Positions 29,554 to 41,879 of a stretch of DNA of 64,000 nucleotides are shown piece by piece. The translations under genes and the position numbers were made by a program. The notes below the pieces were generated by a model. That model did not search any database. It was not told the DNA's origin and saw nothing but the letters and a program-made list of their open reading frames with translations. The stretch is from NCBI RefSeq assembly GCF_009914755.1, contig NC_060939.1; one strand, written 5' to 3'. Positions within the stretch are counted from its first letter, which is position 1, and the number at the start of each line of letters is the position of its first letter. Source of the stretch: the human T2T-CHM13v2.0 reference genome, Homo sapiens.

Positions 29554-29787
29554 CTGGAAAGACACATGGCAATATGTTAAATACAATGTACATATGCCAC
29601 TTAGCTCTCATATTAAAGAAAAAATGACTCAAATTTCACACTAATACAATTTTCTGCCTTATGCTGCATACACAATATTGAAAGCATTTTGTTTAGACCA
29701 CAAGTGTATTAAATTGGCACATATTTGTAATATTTGAAAATATTAACTGATGTCAGGAAGAAAGGCAGGTTGAAATCATTTGTATCT

Positions 29788-29972
29788 GGAGGTCTCAAAG
29801 TGTAGTCCCTGAACAAGCTGCATCAGCATCACCTGGGAATCTGTTAGAAATGCAAATTCTCGGCATCACCCCAGAACTACTGAATCAGAAACCCTGGGAT
29901 GTCTCCCAACAATCAATTTTAACAAGACCTAGTAGGTGATTCAGATGCATGCTAAAGTTTGAGAACCACTGT
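29788..29972. mobile_element. MER5A in intron 65
   Basis: tctcaaagtgtagtccc...cagcatcacctgggaa..tgttagaaatgcaaattctc...aaagtttgagaaccactg. Confidence 0.85.
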
Positions 29973-30742
29973 TTTAATAGATTATGTTCTTTCCAAAGAC
30001 TTATCTCATTTCTTAAATGACAGCAGATGGGTTGCAGCACCAATACGAAGAACCAGACTATTTCAATTTGATTCATTGACGTAAAACCATCTTCTCCTAA
30101 GGACACACCTATGAGCCTACTTCCTGACTGTGATGATCTGCTAATATTCAATGCTTTTCACCTGGCTTCTTACTTGCCTCTCTGGGACCACATGTGCTGG
30201 ATTCTATGGGCCCAGAGCCAGAGGTCTGGGTGAATATCTGTGCACTTCTGAGTTGACTGAAAGGCTGCAGCAGCCGTAGGCAAAGGAAACCAGGCTGCTT
30301 CAGCTCCACGTTATTTTTGTCTACAATCCAAGTTCCCTCACACTCCACATGGCTCTTTTCAGTAGAGGAGCCTCTAGCTTTCAGAACTTGGCATTCCTAT
30401 GTAGGGAGCACTATGTCACTTCGCTATTCTGCCCACTTGCTGTCCTGGATCTCAGACCTTATCCTTTCAGCAGACTTTGGGTGGGTATTTGACTTTTTTT
30501 TGGCGAGACAGAGGAAATGAGCAAGTATGTGAAAACCTTCAAATGGCCACTCCCGAAAAGCAGCAAGAAACTCCAGAAAGCCCCACAGCCTCTTGTAAAA
30601 TACAGCCTAGAGCTCAGGGAATGTCTGGAGTTTCTCCCTGGGGAGCTTTTTCACACTTTGGAGCATCCTTGGAGGAAACCACAGGAATCTGGAAGGGCTT
30701 TCCACCACAGGAGACATCAGGAGAAACTAACTTCTGACCCAC

Positions 30743-30917
30743 CTCGATATTGGAGGCATCAGTTTCGTTTGTGCTTCTCCGTTTCCTGCCCCGTTTGGGG
30801 TAGCCATTGATCTTACACTCGTAACAAGCCTCTGGGGAGAGTGAATTGTCATCCATTTCACCACTGACAGGTGGCTCTGGGTTTCCTCGGCCCATGCCCA
30901 TTCCAGAAACACAGTGC
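30743..30917 (-). CDS. FBN1: Fibrillin-1 exon 65 (175 nt), C-terminal unique region with the furin site and first 11 aa of asprosin
   Basis: ctgcag|G CAC TGT ... ATC GAG|gtgggt; HCVSGMGMGRGNPEPP...NGYPKRGRKRRSTNETDASNIE. Confidence 0.97.
30776..30793 (-). other. FBN1: Codons for the furin/PACE cleavage motif RGRKRR (cleavage before Ser, codon 30773-30775)
   Basis: CGG GGC AGG AAA CGG AGA|AGC; R-X-K/R-R consensus; 11+129 = 140 aa released. Confidence 0.95.
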
Positions 30918-32788
30918 CTGCAGCAGAAGGGGAGCATAGATGTTTTTCATTAGAATGGGAAGACAAGGTAGGTGGTACAAGAGTTCTGGTGAAGCCTGTT
31001 CCTTGCAGTTGTGAGATACAGCCCTTGCTTGTCCACTGGAGGATCAGCTAGTTCTGAGAACTACATTGAGGTCCTCTGTTTGGCCTCTAATTCCCAGTTC
31101 CCTGAATGTATTGATTTCCTTCTACTGCCTATCAAGACCCTGTCTTGGATATTTATTTATCTCTTCATTCCCAAACCTAACACGGAAAGCATTTTGCAGT
31201 ACTTATACTGGGGAGGAGACACAGAGTGGAAACAAGAGAATAGTAGATGAGGGAGGCCATGTAACTTGGGAGGCTAAATAAAAATGGCTTCTTTTTATGA
31301 AACAGGCTCCATGGGAGTGAGCAAGGTGTGAGACATCACTGTTGAGTTTCTTGCATTCTCCCACTTCCATCATTACTTTTCCTCACTCAAGCTTTGGAGC
31401 AATTGCTCCTATTCCTTGACGTTTCACTTTTGCTTATGCTACTGAGGATAAGAAGAAAGCTCCGGTTGATAATGAAGGTTAATTTAATAATAAACTATGA
31501 AGATATGCCGTATATAAAATGCATGTATCAGAGTTTGCCCAACTGTGGGAAACTGTTTCAAGTCATTCAAAACCACTAGGGCCACTGGCTCCGACTCATG
31601 TGAAGATGGATAAACAAACCCATGCCCAAGAGAGAACTCGTTCAGCTGTTTTTCTTTGCCTTTCAGTTATCAAAGCCAAGTTACGGAGGGAGGCTCGAAT
31701 GTTTCACAAGTACCTTGTTTTGTTATTCTGCTTACTATTTCAGAGGCCACTTGGAATGTGTATTTATCAAGCTCCTCTTTCCAAATGTGTTGAAACATTT
31801 GAATGGTCCTTAAAAGAATCTTTATTTGGGGGCAGAGTCCATTCTAGTGATTCGGAGAGGCCAAAACTGTTTTAAATGGGTAGATTTCTAACAATGGGTC
31901 ATAATATAGACCAAAAATTATTTATCTGTTTTTCTGTAATAGCTGATCTGCTCTTTAGAACTAATTTTCCTATATACCCTTAGGATTCAAAATATGTTGC
32001 CAATGAACAGAATATCTGTTGTATTTCAAAGCAGTTTATAGGTTCCTACTGTTTCCCCCAATCTTGCCAGAGTCCAATACATTTCCTTTCCTCTTTATCT
32101 TGCAACATGAAATATGTAGAAACAATACAATGGATGAAGTGATAAATGCTCATCCTGTGGGTGTGTGCGCATGCGTATACATTCACACAATGATTAAATT
32201 ATTAGGAGGTAAACTGCAAATTTGCAGGCTTTGGTTCCTTTCTCAGAACTCCTTTCCAGTATTTTCATATCCCGGGAGCACCACTTATAAGAAGTGTGAC
32301 TACAAAATCCCACTGGCCAAAAGCCAGTTTAGAGTGTCACAATTTTTGCTGGGAAGAAATGGTTCTGGCATTAAACTATAAAGAATGAGTCTACTGAGAG
32401 CCAGACACAAACATCTGGGAATTTGTGTCTGATTGCTGGCATTCTGTGTGCTTCCCACGAAACATTCTTCTACCTACCCAGATCCAAAATGAATCACTTG
32501 ATGTTTGTATGTCAAGAAATCAAAGACTGCTACATTAATAATTTGGTGTAAGTGTGGATGTGTGTGGGGGTGTGTGTGTACACGCATGTGGAGGAGTACA
32601 TAATGTATATATATATTTAATGTCTATGTGTTCCTAATTAAAAAGTTAAAATGTGCACTTCCTCTCAGGATAGCTAAAACTAGGTGGACACCCGAGTCCA
32701 GATTAATTCAGCAGGAAAAAAGATCCAAACTTTGAAAACTTAACACTAAACTTTTAAATCACTGGGTAAAATAAAAATAGGCCTTCCC

Positions 32789-33155
<367 letters not shown>

Positions 33156-33335
33156 TTAACCAGGAAAATACAGTAAGTGTTTCAATGCACCTTTGGTAAA
33201 ATTTAATGTAAATTCAAGTCTGAAATGTAAAATATAATTTAAAACCCTAAATAATTTTCAACCCAAAGGGATGTCTTTGACTTATTCTAACAGGAGCTAG
33301 ATACAAAGGCATTTTAAGTCCAGATAGAATCCTCC

Positions 33336-33428
33336 CTGCCCCAGGAGAAGAGTGGATCAGTCGTGTGCAGGGTGAGCCCAGTTCTGTCATGGGTTGGCAG
33401 AGAGGTGTATTTACAGAGAGATGAATCA
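33336..33428 (-). other. FBN1: Latent pseudoexon in intron 64 (93 nt); donor lacks GT
   Basis: ...cttcacatcttgttgggaag|TGATTC ... GGGCAG|ggagga. Confidence 0.6.
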
Positions 33429-33708
33429 CTTCCCAACAAGATGTGAAGATCAAGAGAATAAGATAGAGAAGTCATATAGCGAGATATTTACAATGTAGTT
33501 TCATTACTTTGTTTGACGTTTCCAGAAATCCAGATGCTTCCTTCCAAATAAAATAACCTAAAACTTTTGCCAAGCTAACTGGAATTAATTTTAGGATTAC
33601 AAAAAGCATGGTTCTCCTCTGCTAGGACAGGTAATTTTGAGTTCAGTATACTTAATTATATTACGAATGAAAGAATCTCCAACCATGACCAGGAAGAGCA
33701 CTGCTTAC

Positions 33709-33940
33709 CCTTGGCCTATGCGGAAGTAACCAGGTGGACAGCCACACAGGTAACCGCCCTCGGTATTGGAACAGCCATAGCTGCAGGGGGCCTGCGCAGA
33801 GCCACATTCATTGATGTCTTGGCATCCTCCACTGAACTGTTCATACTGGAAGCCGGCGGGACACATGCACTTGTAGCTCCCCAGGGTGTTGTGACAGGAG
33901 GCTCCTCCGCAGATGTGAGCGCTGAGGCATTCGTTTTCAT
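33709..33940 (-). CDS. FBN1: Fibrillin-1 exon 64 (232 nt), cbEGF42 and cbEGF43
   Basis: ctgcag|AT GAA AAC ... GGC CAA GG|gtaagc; [16 protein letters not shown]...[16 protein letters not shown]...YFRIGQG. Confidence 0.97.
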
Positions 33941-35504
33941 CTGCAGGCAAAATAAGAAGCGGCATGTGTGGCAGCAGCCAGAGATTTCTATTGAGGACAT
34001 TGGATCTGGCCACTTGCTGCCGGCCAGCTGGCCCTCAGCTAGGCTCTCAGGAAGGTAAGACAGGCAGAGGTGGCTGGGTGGGGAGAGCAACAGCAGAGAA
34101 AGATGCGGGCATGGATGTGGCTTCTTGCTATGTTGTGAGTAAACATGGAAGATGAAACATGGAAGATGAAGTCAAATGCACCAGGCAGAGGGCATTAGAG
34201 GATGGCATTCTGAGGACCAGCAGACTCCAGTTCTCATCAGAAGTCAACACTGGTATCTTCTGCTCCATGTAAACATCCGGTCATGAACCAACATGGGGCT
34301 GGTCCGTAGCTAAGATTTAGGGTTCAAGGGGGGAGGAAAGGAATCTTGCAGTTCTCTGCGTACTTGCTTCACAAGTGCCCAGCGAGGAGACAAATCTCTC
34401 AAAAGCAGAGACCAACCATTTTCCCGCAGGCTGCTTTCCCTGTCAGCCTATTTCAGGATATGCTGATCTGGCAAAGGCTGATATCCTGCCCCAAGTGTCT
34501 GCCCCACGTGTCTGCCCCACTTGGACTTCCTTTTCAAAATTCTGCAAAAGCCCCCAGGTACCTGTTCTGGGAGATGAATAATGCCTTCTGGTATGTCTGC
34601 TCCCATCACCGAATCGGCCCCCTCCTTATTCAAACCAGCCTCCTGCCCAGAGTGTCTGAGCCCTGTCTAAAACTAAGTGTGGCTGGAAGAGATTTGGTGC
34701 AGACTTCACAAGCAGTAATTGGGGAAAACCCACAAGTGAGACAGAAGCTGCAGGGCTGGCTACCCACAGGGACCTGCCAAGTCTGATGCTAAGAAGCAGG
34801 AAAAAGAAATCTTACTTTAAAAAAATCAGCTAGAAGGGGGAAAACCATGAGTTTCTCATTATTTCTGATTTATAATTTTTGGAAGTCTCTAATATATTTT
34901 TGTAGATCTGCCTTTGCAGGGCAGGTTGGAAAGTTGCTGGTAAGACATTTCTTAACTGCCATAGTCCATTTTCAGGCATACGTTCATTTGAATGTAGATA
35001 GATTGGCCTTCTCTTCACTTAGCGAATAACCACTTCCTATGGAAGAGAGGAAGGGGAAGGGAATGAATGTTTATTAGATACCTATTTTATGATAGATAGG
35101 ATACAGGTATTGACCATTTCCTTAGCTTTCCTAACAATCCTGAGAAAGAGGTATTATATTCTCTGTTTTACAGCTGAAGAAAGTGAGGCTCAGAAAGCTC
35201 TTCCAAGATCTCACAGCCAGCAGCAGCAGGGCAGAAATTCACAGCCAGGTCTGTTGGACTGCAAAGGCCATCCATGCGCTTTCCTTTATACCACAGTGCC
35301 TCTCAAGAGACGCTCCACATTTAAGCTGGTGCTTCCTTTCTCCTGTAATTAGTTTACCTTCTTTGCTAAGGCACATTCATTTATAAAGAAAAATAATGTT
35401 TCTCAACAAATCTATTTTTTCTTTTTTTTTAAATTAGAAAACAGGTGGATAAAAGTGGTGGGGAAGGATGCTCACTTGTATATACTTAGTATATATTCAC
35501 ATTT

Positions 35505-35712
35505 CCTACCTGCCTGCCTGCCTGCCTTCCCTCCTTCCATGTCTCCTTCCCTCCTACCTTCTTTCCTTCTCTCCTTCCCTTTCTTCCTTCCTTCCTTCCC
35601 CCCTCCCCTCCCCTCCCTCCTTTCCTTCCTTCCTTCCTTCCTTCCTTCCTTCCTTTCCTTCCTTCCTTCCTTCTCTCCTCCCCTCCTTCCTTCTCTCTTT
35701 CCCTCCTTCCCT
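35505..35712. repeat. (CCTT)n/CT-rich low-complexity tract
   Basis: Read directly. Confidence 0.9.
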
Positions 35713-36249
35713 TCAGCTACAGGTCTTTGATCTTAACTGCCTGTCTGAAAATCTTTTGTATCCAAAGACCTTCAAGTCTTCACCCAAGGTCACTTAGGCT
35801 CCAGGGCTCTTAAAATATAAATAATAATTTTATCTTTCTCATTCTTCCCTTTCTCTTTCTGTGCTCAACACGTTATCTGTGTTCTTTCTCCTTATTTTAA
35901 ATTGAGGACGAAGTGTGCAATAGAGAGCAACAGAAACCACTGGCACCAAGCTCCATGTCAAACAAAGAATGAAGAACGAAGCATATTTACTTCATTGGAG
36001 AGAACACCCCTGGGCTGATGTCTTCTTGCTCCTCCACGTCCATCCTCCATCCTCTCCACTTGCTCTTGGCCCCAGGTGGCTGATCTATGGAGCATGAGCA
36101 AGCTCTGCTCCCCTGTCCCTCACTTTTGGTTGGCCTCAGCCATCTGCTTCTTGCTGGGACCCTGACTAATAAAACCTGCAAGGCGTGGGTATATGAGGGG
36201 GAAGACTTGTCATTCTATAGCTTAGATTTATTCTGTGTTTTTTCCTCCA

Positions 36250-36495
36250 AAGAGCAGAAGTAGGACCAATGGTGAGAAATTAGAGGGAGGAGAAATGATT
36301 TTTTTTATAGCAAAAAAAGACATTTCTAAGTATTAAAAGCTGTCTATACATAGATTGGGCTATCTTGGGAGAAAGTGGGCACCCTTCAAGGTGGTATTTA
36401 AGCCAAACTGGGATAAGCAAGGAAGTTAGAGAAGGATTTATATATTAGGAAAGAGGGAAGGCTAGATCTCTAAGGTTCTTTTTAACTTTGAGCAT
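36250..36495 (+). mobile_element. CR1/L3 3' fragment
   Basis: gcagaa.taggaccaatgg...tttctaa..att..agctgtc...ctagatctctaaggttc..tt.aact.tgag. Confidence 0.5.
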
Positions 36496-38871
36496 CTATC
36501 TGTGTTACTACAACTATCAAGAGTTCTCCCCCTCTCCTTTCACATTCTTTTAAATTTTATTTTACATTTTCTCCCTTCCCTGAGAATTTAATAAAGTTTA
36601 AATTAAACTTGCTTATCTAGGTTGGAGAGGTAGGATGGAGTAGAGCACAGATTAAAATAAGAAATTGGCAAATATTCAGTGTTTACAGTTTGAAAACAGC
36701 ATGTTTGTGCACTCGCCCTTTTTATCAATATACAAACACCACGATTTGGTTAACATGTTTTGCACTTTTCCTGACCTTTTTCATCCTCTGCACTCTGGAG
36801 CAAATGACTCCACAAGGAATTTTTTTACACTCCAAAATATTTGTTTTATTCTTCCAGTTGGTACTTAGATTGGTGAGGGTTTTGTTTGTTTTATAAAAAG
36901 AGACAATTCGAATTTTACCAAAATAGCATTAAAGTCTGAAAACTACTCCTTAAAAGTGGATTGAAACCCACCACTCTGTCCTCTAAAATCAAAGGTTTCA
37001 GCATCCAGCTTGCACTGTTCATGTTAGCTGTGGCCTTAAGGGAGTACCGATAGGAAACTTCACAAATGCAGGATGGGCTTTCTTTTACTCATTTTCTCTA
37101 GGGGAAAATGGGTCAACTCTATCTATCTGCAAGCTGAATTTTTTGAAATTTACTTCTAGAAAGCAATGGAATTAGTGGCCCTCTTACCCCAAAGAGTGAA
37201 CTTCCAGCCACCTGGGAGTGAGGATCCAGGGAGGGCTGGTCTAAGAGATCTGCTCTGTTTCTTGTGGTTCTGGGGAAGCTATTTTAGCCCACGGCAATGC
37301 TCATTCTAGATAACTCTAATTCTCAAGATTGATGAGAGCAATTTGGCATTTGGAGACATTAAGAACCCCAAACTTCTTCTGACTTCTAAATCAACTTGTT
37401 TTTTTAGAGTGTCCAGCCAGGAGATGATCTTCACGAGACCAGAGCAGAATCTCCAGGACACTAGTGCATGGCCTGGTCGCCTCTACCATCCTCAGACTGA
37501 TGGTAGGAGGAGGAGGATAAGGTACAGGAGCGACATACCTTTCCTCTCTTATGTTTTTTTCACTTAGCTCCAGTGTTATTAAAATGACCTAAATAATGAG
37601 AACAGACAGGCTCATAAACTGGGTGTTGAATCAACAAAGTTCACTCTGGAAGTTCTGTGAACAATGTCAGAAACTGGTGATTAAAATCAAAGACCTCCCT
37701 GAGCTGCTAATGAACAAAGACATTTTTATTAAAACCAGATAGCTAGCCAGAGACTCACGCAGTCGAAACTCCTATAGCACAGGGGTCACTTCAGTCAACC
37801 CTACATGCCACTGCAAAACTGTCTTGTGTAGAATCAAACTAGATGACAGAGATGATTTTGATAAATGAAAACACACCAAATATGTCTTCATCTGCATGAA
37901 AGTGAACCCCTGCAATGCAGAGCCTGCACCCGGGAAGCAGTAATTCTTTGAGTTTTTGCTAAGGAGGGCTCTGTACAGAATAATGTGGCAACTAGAACAG
38001 GTTACCAAAGCACCAAGCTTGCAGTGGCACTTCACAGACGCTTGCTGAATGAACATAAACAAGTGAATGTGACACTTGAAAGGCAGCTCTACATCAGAAA
38101 GTTAAGAGTTGTGGGTTCTAGTTCCAAGCATGTCACAAAAGAACTGGGCAAGGAAATATTACCGTCCCTTTCTGGACTTCTAGGTCCTTATCTGTAAAAC
38201 AAAGTGCCTGAGCTAAGTGGCTTCTGGTATCCCTCCAAACTCACAATGTTTTGATTCTCTGATGTGCATTAAGAGTTATTTTCCCATGACATTGTAGAAT
38301 CAAAGATGACATCATTTCAATTTAATGAGAGAGTCAGTAGATCTCCCTTAATTATCAAAAGAATTTAGCAATCTTGAAAAACAAAACAAAACAAAACAAA
38401 AACACACAAAAAAACACAACCTTGCTGTGTTTCCTGCTTGCGCTCTGTCTCAAAATGTGTAGAGCTGAACAGAACTACTTTGGCATCTTCAGGCCAAAAG
38501 CCACTCAAAATAGCCTTTGGCTGGCTGATATTTTTCAGTCATAAGTAAGATTTTTTGACCCCTGATATGAACATAACTCAAGTGTGGGCTGATGACTAGC
38601 AGTGCAGCGGGAGGGTGGAGGATATTGCGCTTCAAGAAATTCTGGGGGCATTTCATTTCAGATGCTCTCAAAGCACCCTCAATTATAATTTTTTTCTTAG
38701 TTTGCTGTTTTGCAAAGACTGTTACTTACCTCGGGTTTCAACCAGGTTAGGGCAATTTTAAATGAGTATTTGTTGCTTCAATAACACATTTACAGCTTCA
38801 GAAAGCAAGCAGTGTTTTGCTTCATAGGACCTGATAGCCATGCATCTTGAGAGTGAGGAAAAGTTACTTGC

Positions 38872-38991
38872 CAACACACTGGTTCCACTGGTAGTGCTGG
38901 AGGTAGCCCTGGGGGCAGCTGCACCTGTAGCCCCCAATGATGTTCTGGCAGCCATGCTGGCAGCGGTGGTTACCCTCACACTCGTCCACGT
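38872..38991 (-). CDS. FBN1: Fibrillin-1 exon 63 (120 nt), cbEGF41; non-canonical GC donor
   Basis: tttcag|AC GTG GAC ... TGT GTT G|gcaagt; [40 protein letters not shown]. Confidence 0.96.
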
Positions 38992-39742
38992 CTGAAAAAG
39001 AAGCAGAGCCACCATGATGCCAACTCAACATCTCTCTCTGAAGCCAGATGGATTCTAATAAGAAATCTGGCCCCTACACATCCTACACATTATTCTACCA
39101 CCAAAAACTTCAAGAATCTCTCTTCTGGAACTGCTGCTAAGTCCAAGGAGAAAATCATTCAGAGAGCCCTGGCAAAGTCTACAAATAAAAATTGTCAGGA
39201 AATTAGTGCAAAGCCCAAAGCACTCTCTGGGACAGCTCTGTAAGTTATAAGTTATTTGTGTTTGCTCTTTTTTTTTTTTATTTTTGGTGCCACAATTAGA
39301 AACCAAAACGTGTCAAAGCCACAGTCAACTTCTAAAAATATCATTTAAACTTCTAATTAAATGTCATCAGAAGAGCTATTCCTCATATGTTTAGTCCACA
39401 TGGGGGAAATCCCTTTATGGCTCTGGACCCAGTGACCAGAAAATTAATGAATCAAAATCAAGTATATTTTTCTTGACTGAGTTATTCCCTATTAGGTTAA
39501 ATTAAAAACTTAGCAGAAAAAGTCTTGATATACTTAGGAAAGGCATGTGTGTTAGACACAATCAAGCATGAAACAAAACACGACTCTCTAAGATACAGGA
39601 CCTGTGCACACTATTTTAGCTGAGTGCCCCCCTGGGCTCAGATCTGCTATCTCATAGAGGCTGATGATGAAGGTGCCAATAGCCACACAGGCCACCTCCA
39701 CAAGGATTCACCAGCTGGATCGCAGCTGAAGTCTCCACCCAC

Positions 39743-39871
39743 CTTCACAGCTGGAGCCGGTCTGATCAAGTGAGAATCCCCGCTGGCATTCACAGGTGAA
39801 GCTTCCAGGAGTGTTCTGGCAAATGCCCTTAGACCCGCACAGATTGATGTCAGAGGTGCATTCATTGTTAT
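39743..39871 (-). CDS. FBN1: Fibrillin-1 exon 62 (129 nt), cbEGF40
   Basis: tcatag|AT AAC AAT ... TGT GAA G|gtgggt; DNNECTSDINLCGSKGICQNTPGSFTCECQRGFSLDQTGSSCE. Confidence 0.97.
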
Positions 39872-40136
39872 CTATGAGAAGCAGTGGGGGCAAAGAGGGG
39901 TTAAAATTCCCCAAAGCTCTCTTTGTATCATTTAAAAGAAAATTAGAAGGATAACTCGGAAAAGGCCAAATAAGGCCAACAACTCTTCACATACATGTAC
40001 AGGTGTGCTCACACATACATGCACTCATATATTTCTTTGAGCTTTTATTTTCTTATCCCAACAGCAGAGGAAATAGAAAATAATCCCTTAAAAGAATCGC
40101 TACAATCCATGTAGGATTTTTTCCTCTCCTACTCAC

Positions 40137-40253
40137 CAATGCAGGACGTATGGTGTTGGGTAAATCCGGGAGGACATTTGCATGTGAAGCCGCCAATGGT
40201 GTTAACACATAGGAACTGGCAGTTGTGTTGCTTGGTTGCACACTCATCAAGAT
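40137..40253 (-). CDS. FBN1: Fibrillin-1 exon 61 (117 nt), cbEGF39
   Basis: ttgtag|AT CTT GAT ... TGC ATT G|gtgagt; [39 protein letters not shown]. Confidence 0.97.
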
Positions 40254-40861
40254 CTACAAGAAAATGCAAGAGAGGCATTTGAGTCAAGCCAACAAAACAG
40301 GATCAGGGAAGCTGACCCTATGAAGCAGCTCCACGTTTGATTTGGAGGTCTCAAATGACCCTGACTAGAAAGAAGCCACAGCAAAAGGCAAGGAGAGACA
40401 CAGGGGGTAAAGATCTGAAAGATAAAACAAGGTGTCAATTTAGACCCTCCTCCCCTCAAAAAAATATAAAGAGATCTTTAGGGGATCCAAGAAAACACAA
40501 TTCTAATTGGAGAAATGCAGGAATTCCTCAACAAAGGAATTTCAAATAAATCATGACATTTTAAACAAATTTTTAAATGAAGCGAAAGATGAATGATTCT
40601 GCAAATTTTCCAGAGCTTTGAAAAGATCTATTTAAGTTAAAACATAAAGAGAAATGTTGAAGCTGGAAATGAATTTGCTGGCTTAGTTCTCTTCTGTTTG
40701 CTGTTTTTAATCTACTCAAATGAAGTCATCAAAAACAAAATCTGATTTCTTTAGTCGTGATTCTTCTTAGGATAAACCAAAATTGAGCAATCAGGAAGGA
40801 AACAAAGCAAAGGAAAAATTCATTTGAATAGCTAAAGGCACTTTTAATAAAACTGCCTCCA

Positions 40862-41162
40862 GGCCAAGCGTGGTGGCTCATGCCTGTATTCCCAGCACTT
40901 TGGGAGGCCAAGGCAGGCTGATCACTTTGAGCTCAGGAGTTTGAGACCAGCCTGGGCAACATGGCAAAACCTGTCTCTAGTGAATATACAAAAATTAGCT
41001 GGGTGTGGTGGTGTGTGCATGTAATCCCAGCTACCTGGGAGGCAGAGGTTGCAGTGAGCTGAGATCGCACCACTGCACTCCAGCCTGGGCAACAGAGTGA
41101 AACTTCGTCTCAAAACAAAAACAAAAACAAAAACAAAAAACAAAAAACAAAAAAAACAAAAA
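40862..41162 (+). mobile_element. Alu in intron 60, with a right-arm internal deletion and a (CAAAAA)n tail
   Basis: cccagctacctgggaggcagagg junction skips ~30 nt of consensus. Confidence 0.92.
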
Positions 41163-41879
41163 TCCAAAACTGACAACTGCCTGCAGTGTTTATCCAACAT
41201 TGTTTCCCACATCTCAATAAAACCCTCTGCTTTGACCAGGCCTCTTTTCTCAACGCCTCAACTTCTAAGTTGCATTCTCAACTCCAATGTTATTTCAAAA
41301 TACCAAGAGATGAAATGTTGTGTTCTAGCTTCTAGCTAAACTTTAATGATAATTTTAAAATTGTCGCATATTCAGGAAAAAACATTAGTGACTTTATTTT
41401 ATCACAAATTCAACCACTATGCCCTCACCATCTGCGCAACTGCTTTGGAGCTGCAGATCAGTGCCAGCTTTGCCAGTGACTGCTTCCACTCCACAGGGCC
41501 AGTTCCTGGCTAGAGTAACATCTGGAGTGGACCTACACTGAGAGACCCTCCCGAGACCTGTCCTAGTTCCGGCTTCTCTTATAATGCAGCCTGTCCTGTG
41601 CTCTTTCCACTGCTGAGATCTTGACTGATATGCACTCTCTGTTCAGCTTTCTCAGAGTCTGTGGACTGGTTTCCCCTGTCTATGGCCCAAGGAGCTTGGC
41701 TGGAGCATCATGACACATTTGCTGAAGCTCACCTGCAACAGGTGAGGAAGATGACTCAGTGATTTCTCCTAACACCATTTCATGAGTACAACACATGAAG
41801 AACAGCAGCACTTGCTGCTCTTGCCTCCAAGATGCCCTTCCTCCTCTTCTCCCCTCTAATCTGCATTCTACCCATCTCT

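Noticed and set aside
29554-29586. ATG upstream of exon 66 giving a 140-aa stand-alone ORF of asprosin-like length
   Set aside because: These 11 codons are the intron 65 acceptor region. There is no signal peptide or promoter evidence, and the equal length is most likely coincidence.
33711-34090. Overlapping antisense and alternative-frame ORFs across exon 64
   Set aside because: Shadows of a GC-rich coding exon, with no independent start context.
34141-34168. Small tandem duplications (aaacatggaagatg x2; also ~3358-3378 and ~26332-26365)
   Set aside because: Ordinary slippage products with no evident function.
35455-35797. LPSF-repeat ORFs
   Set aside because: Translation of a (CCTT)n tract.
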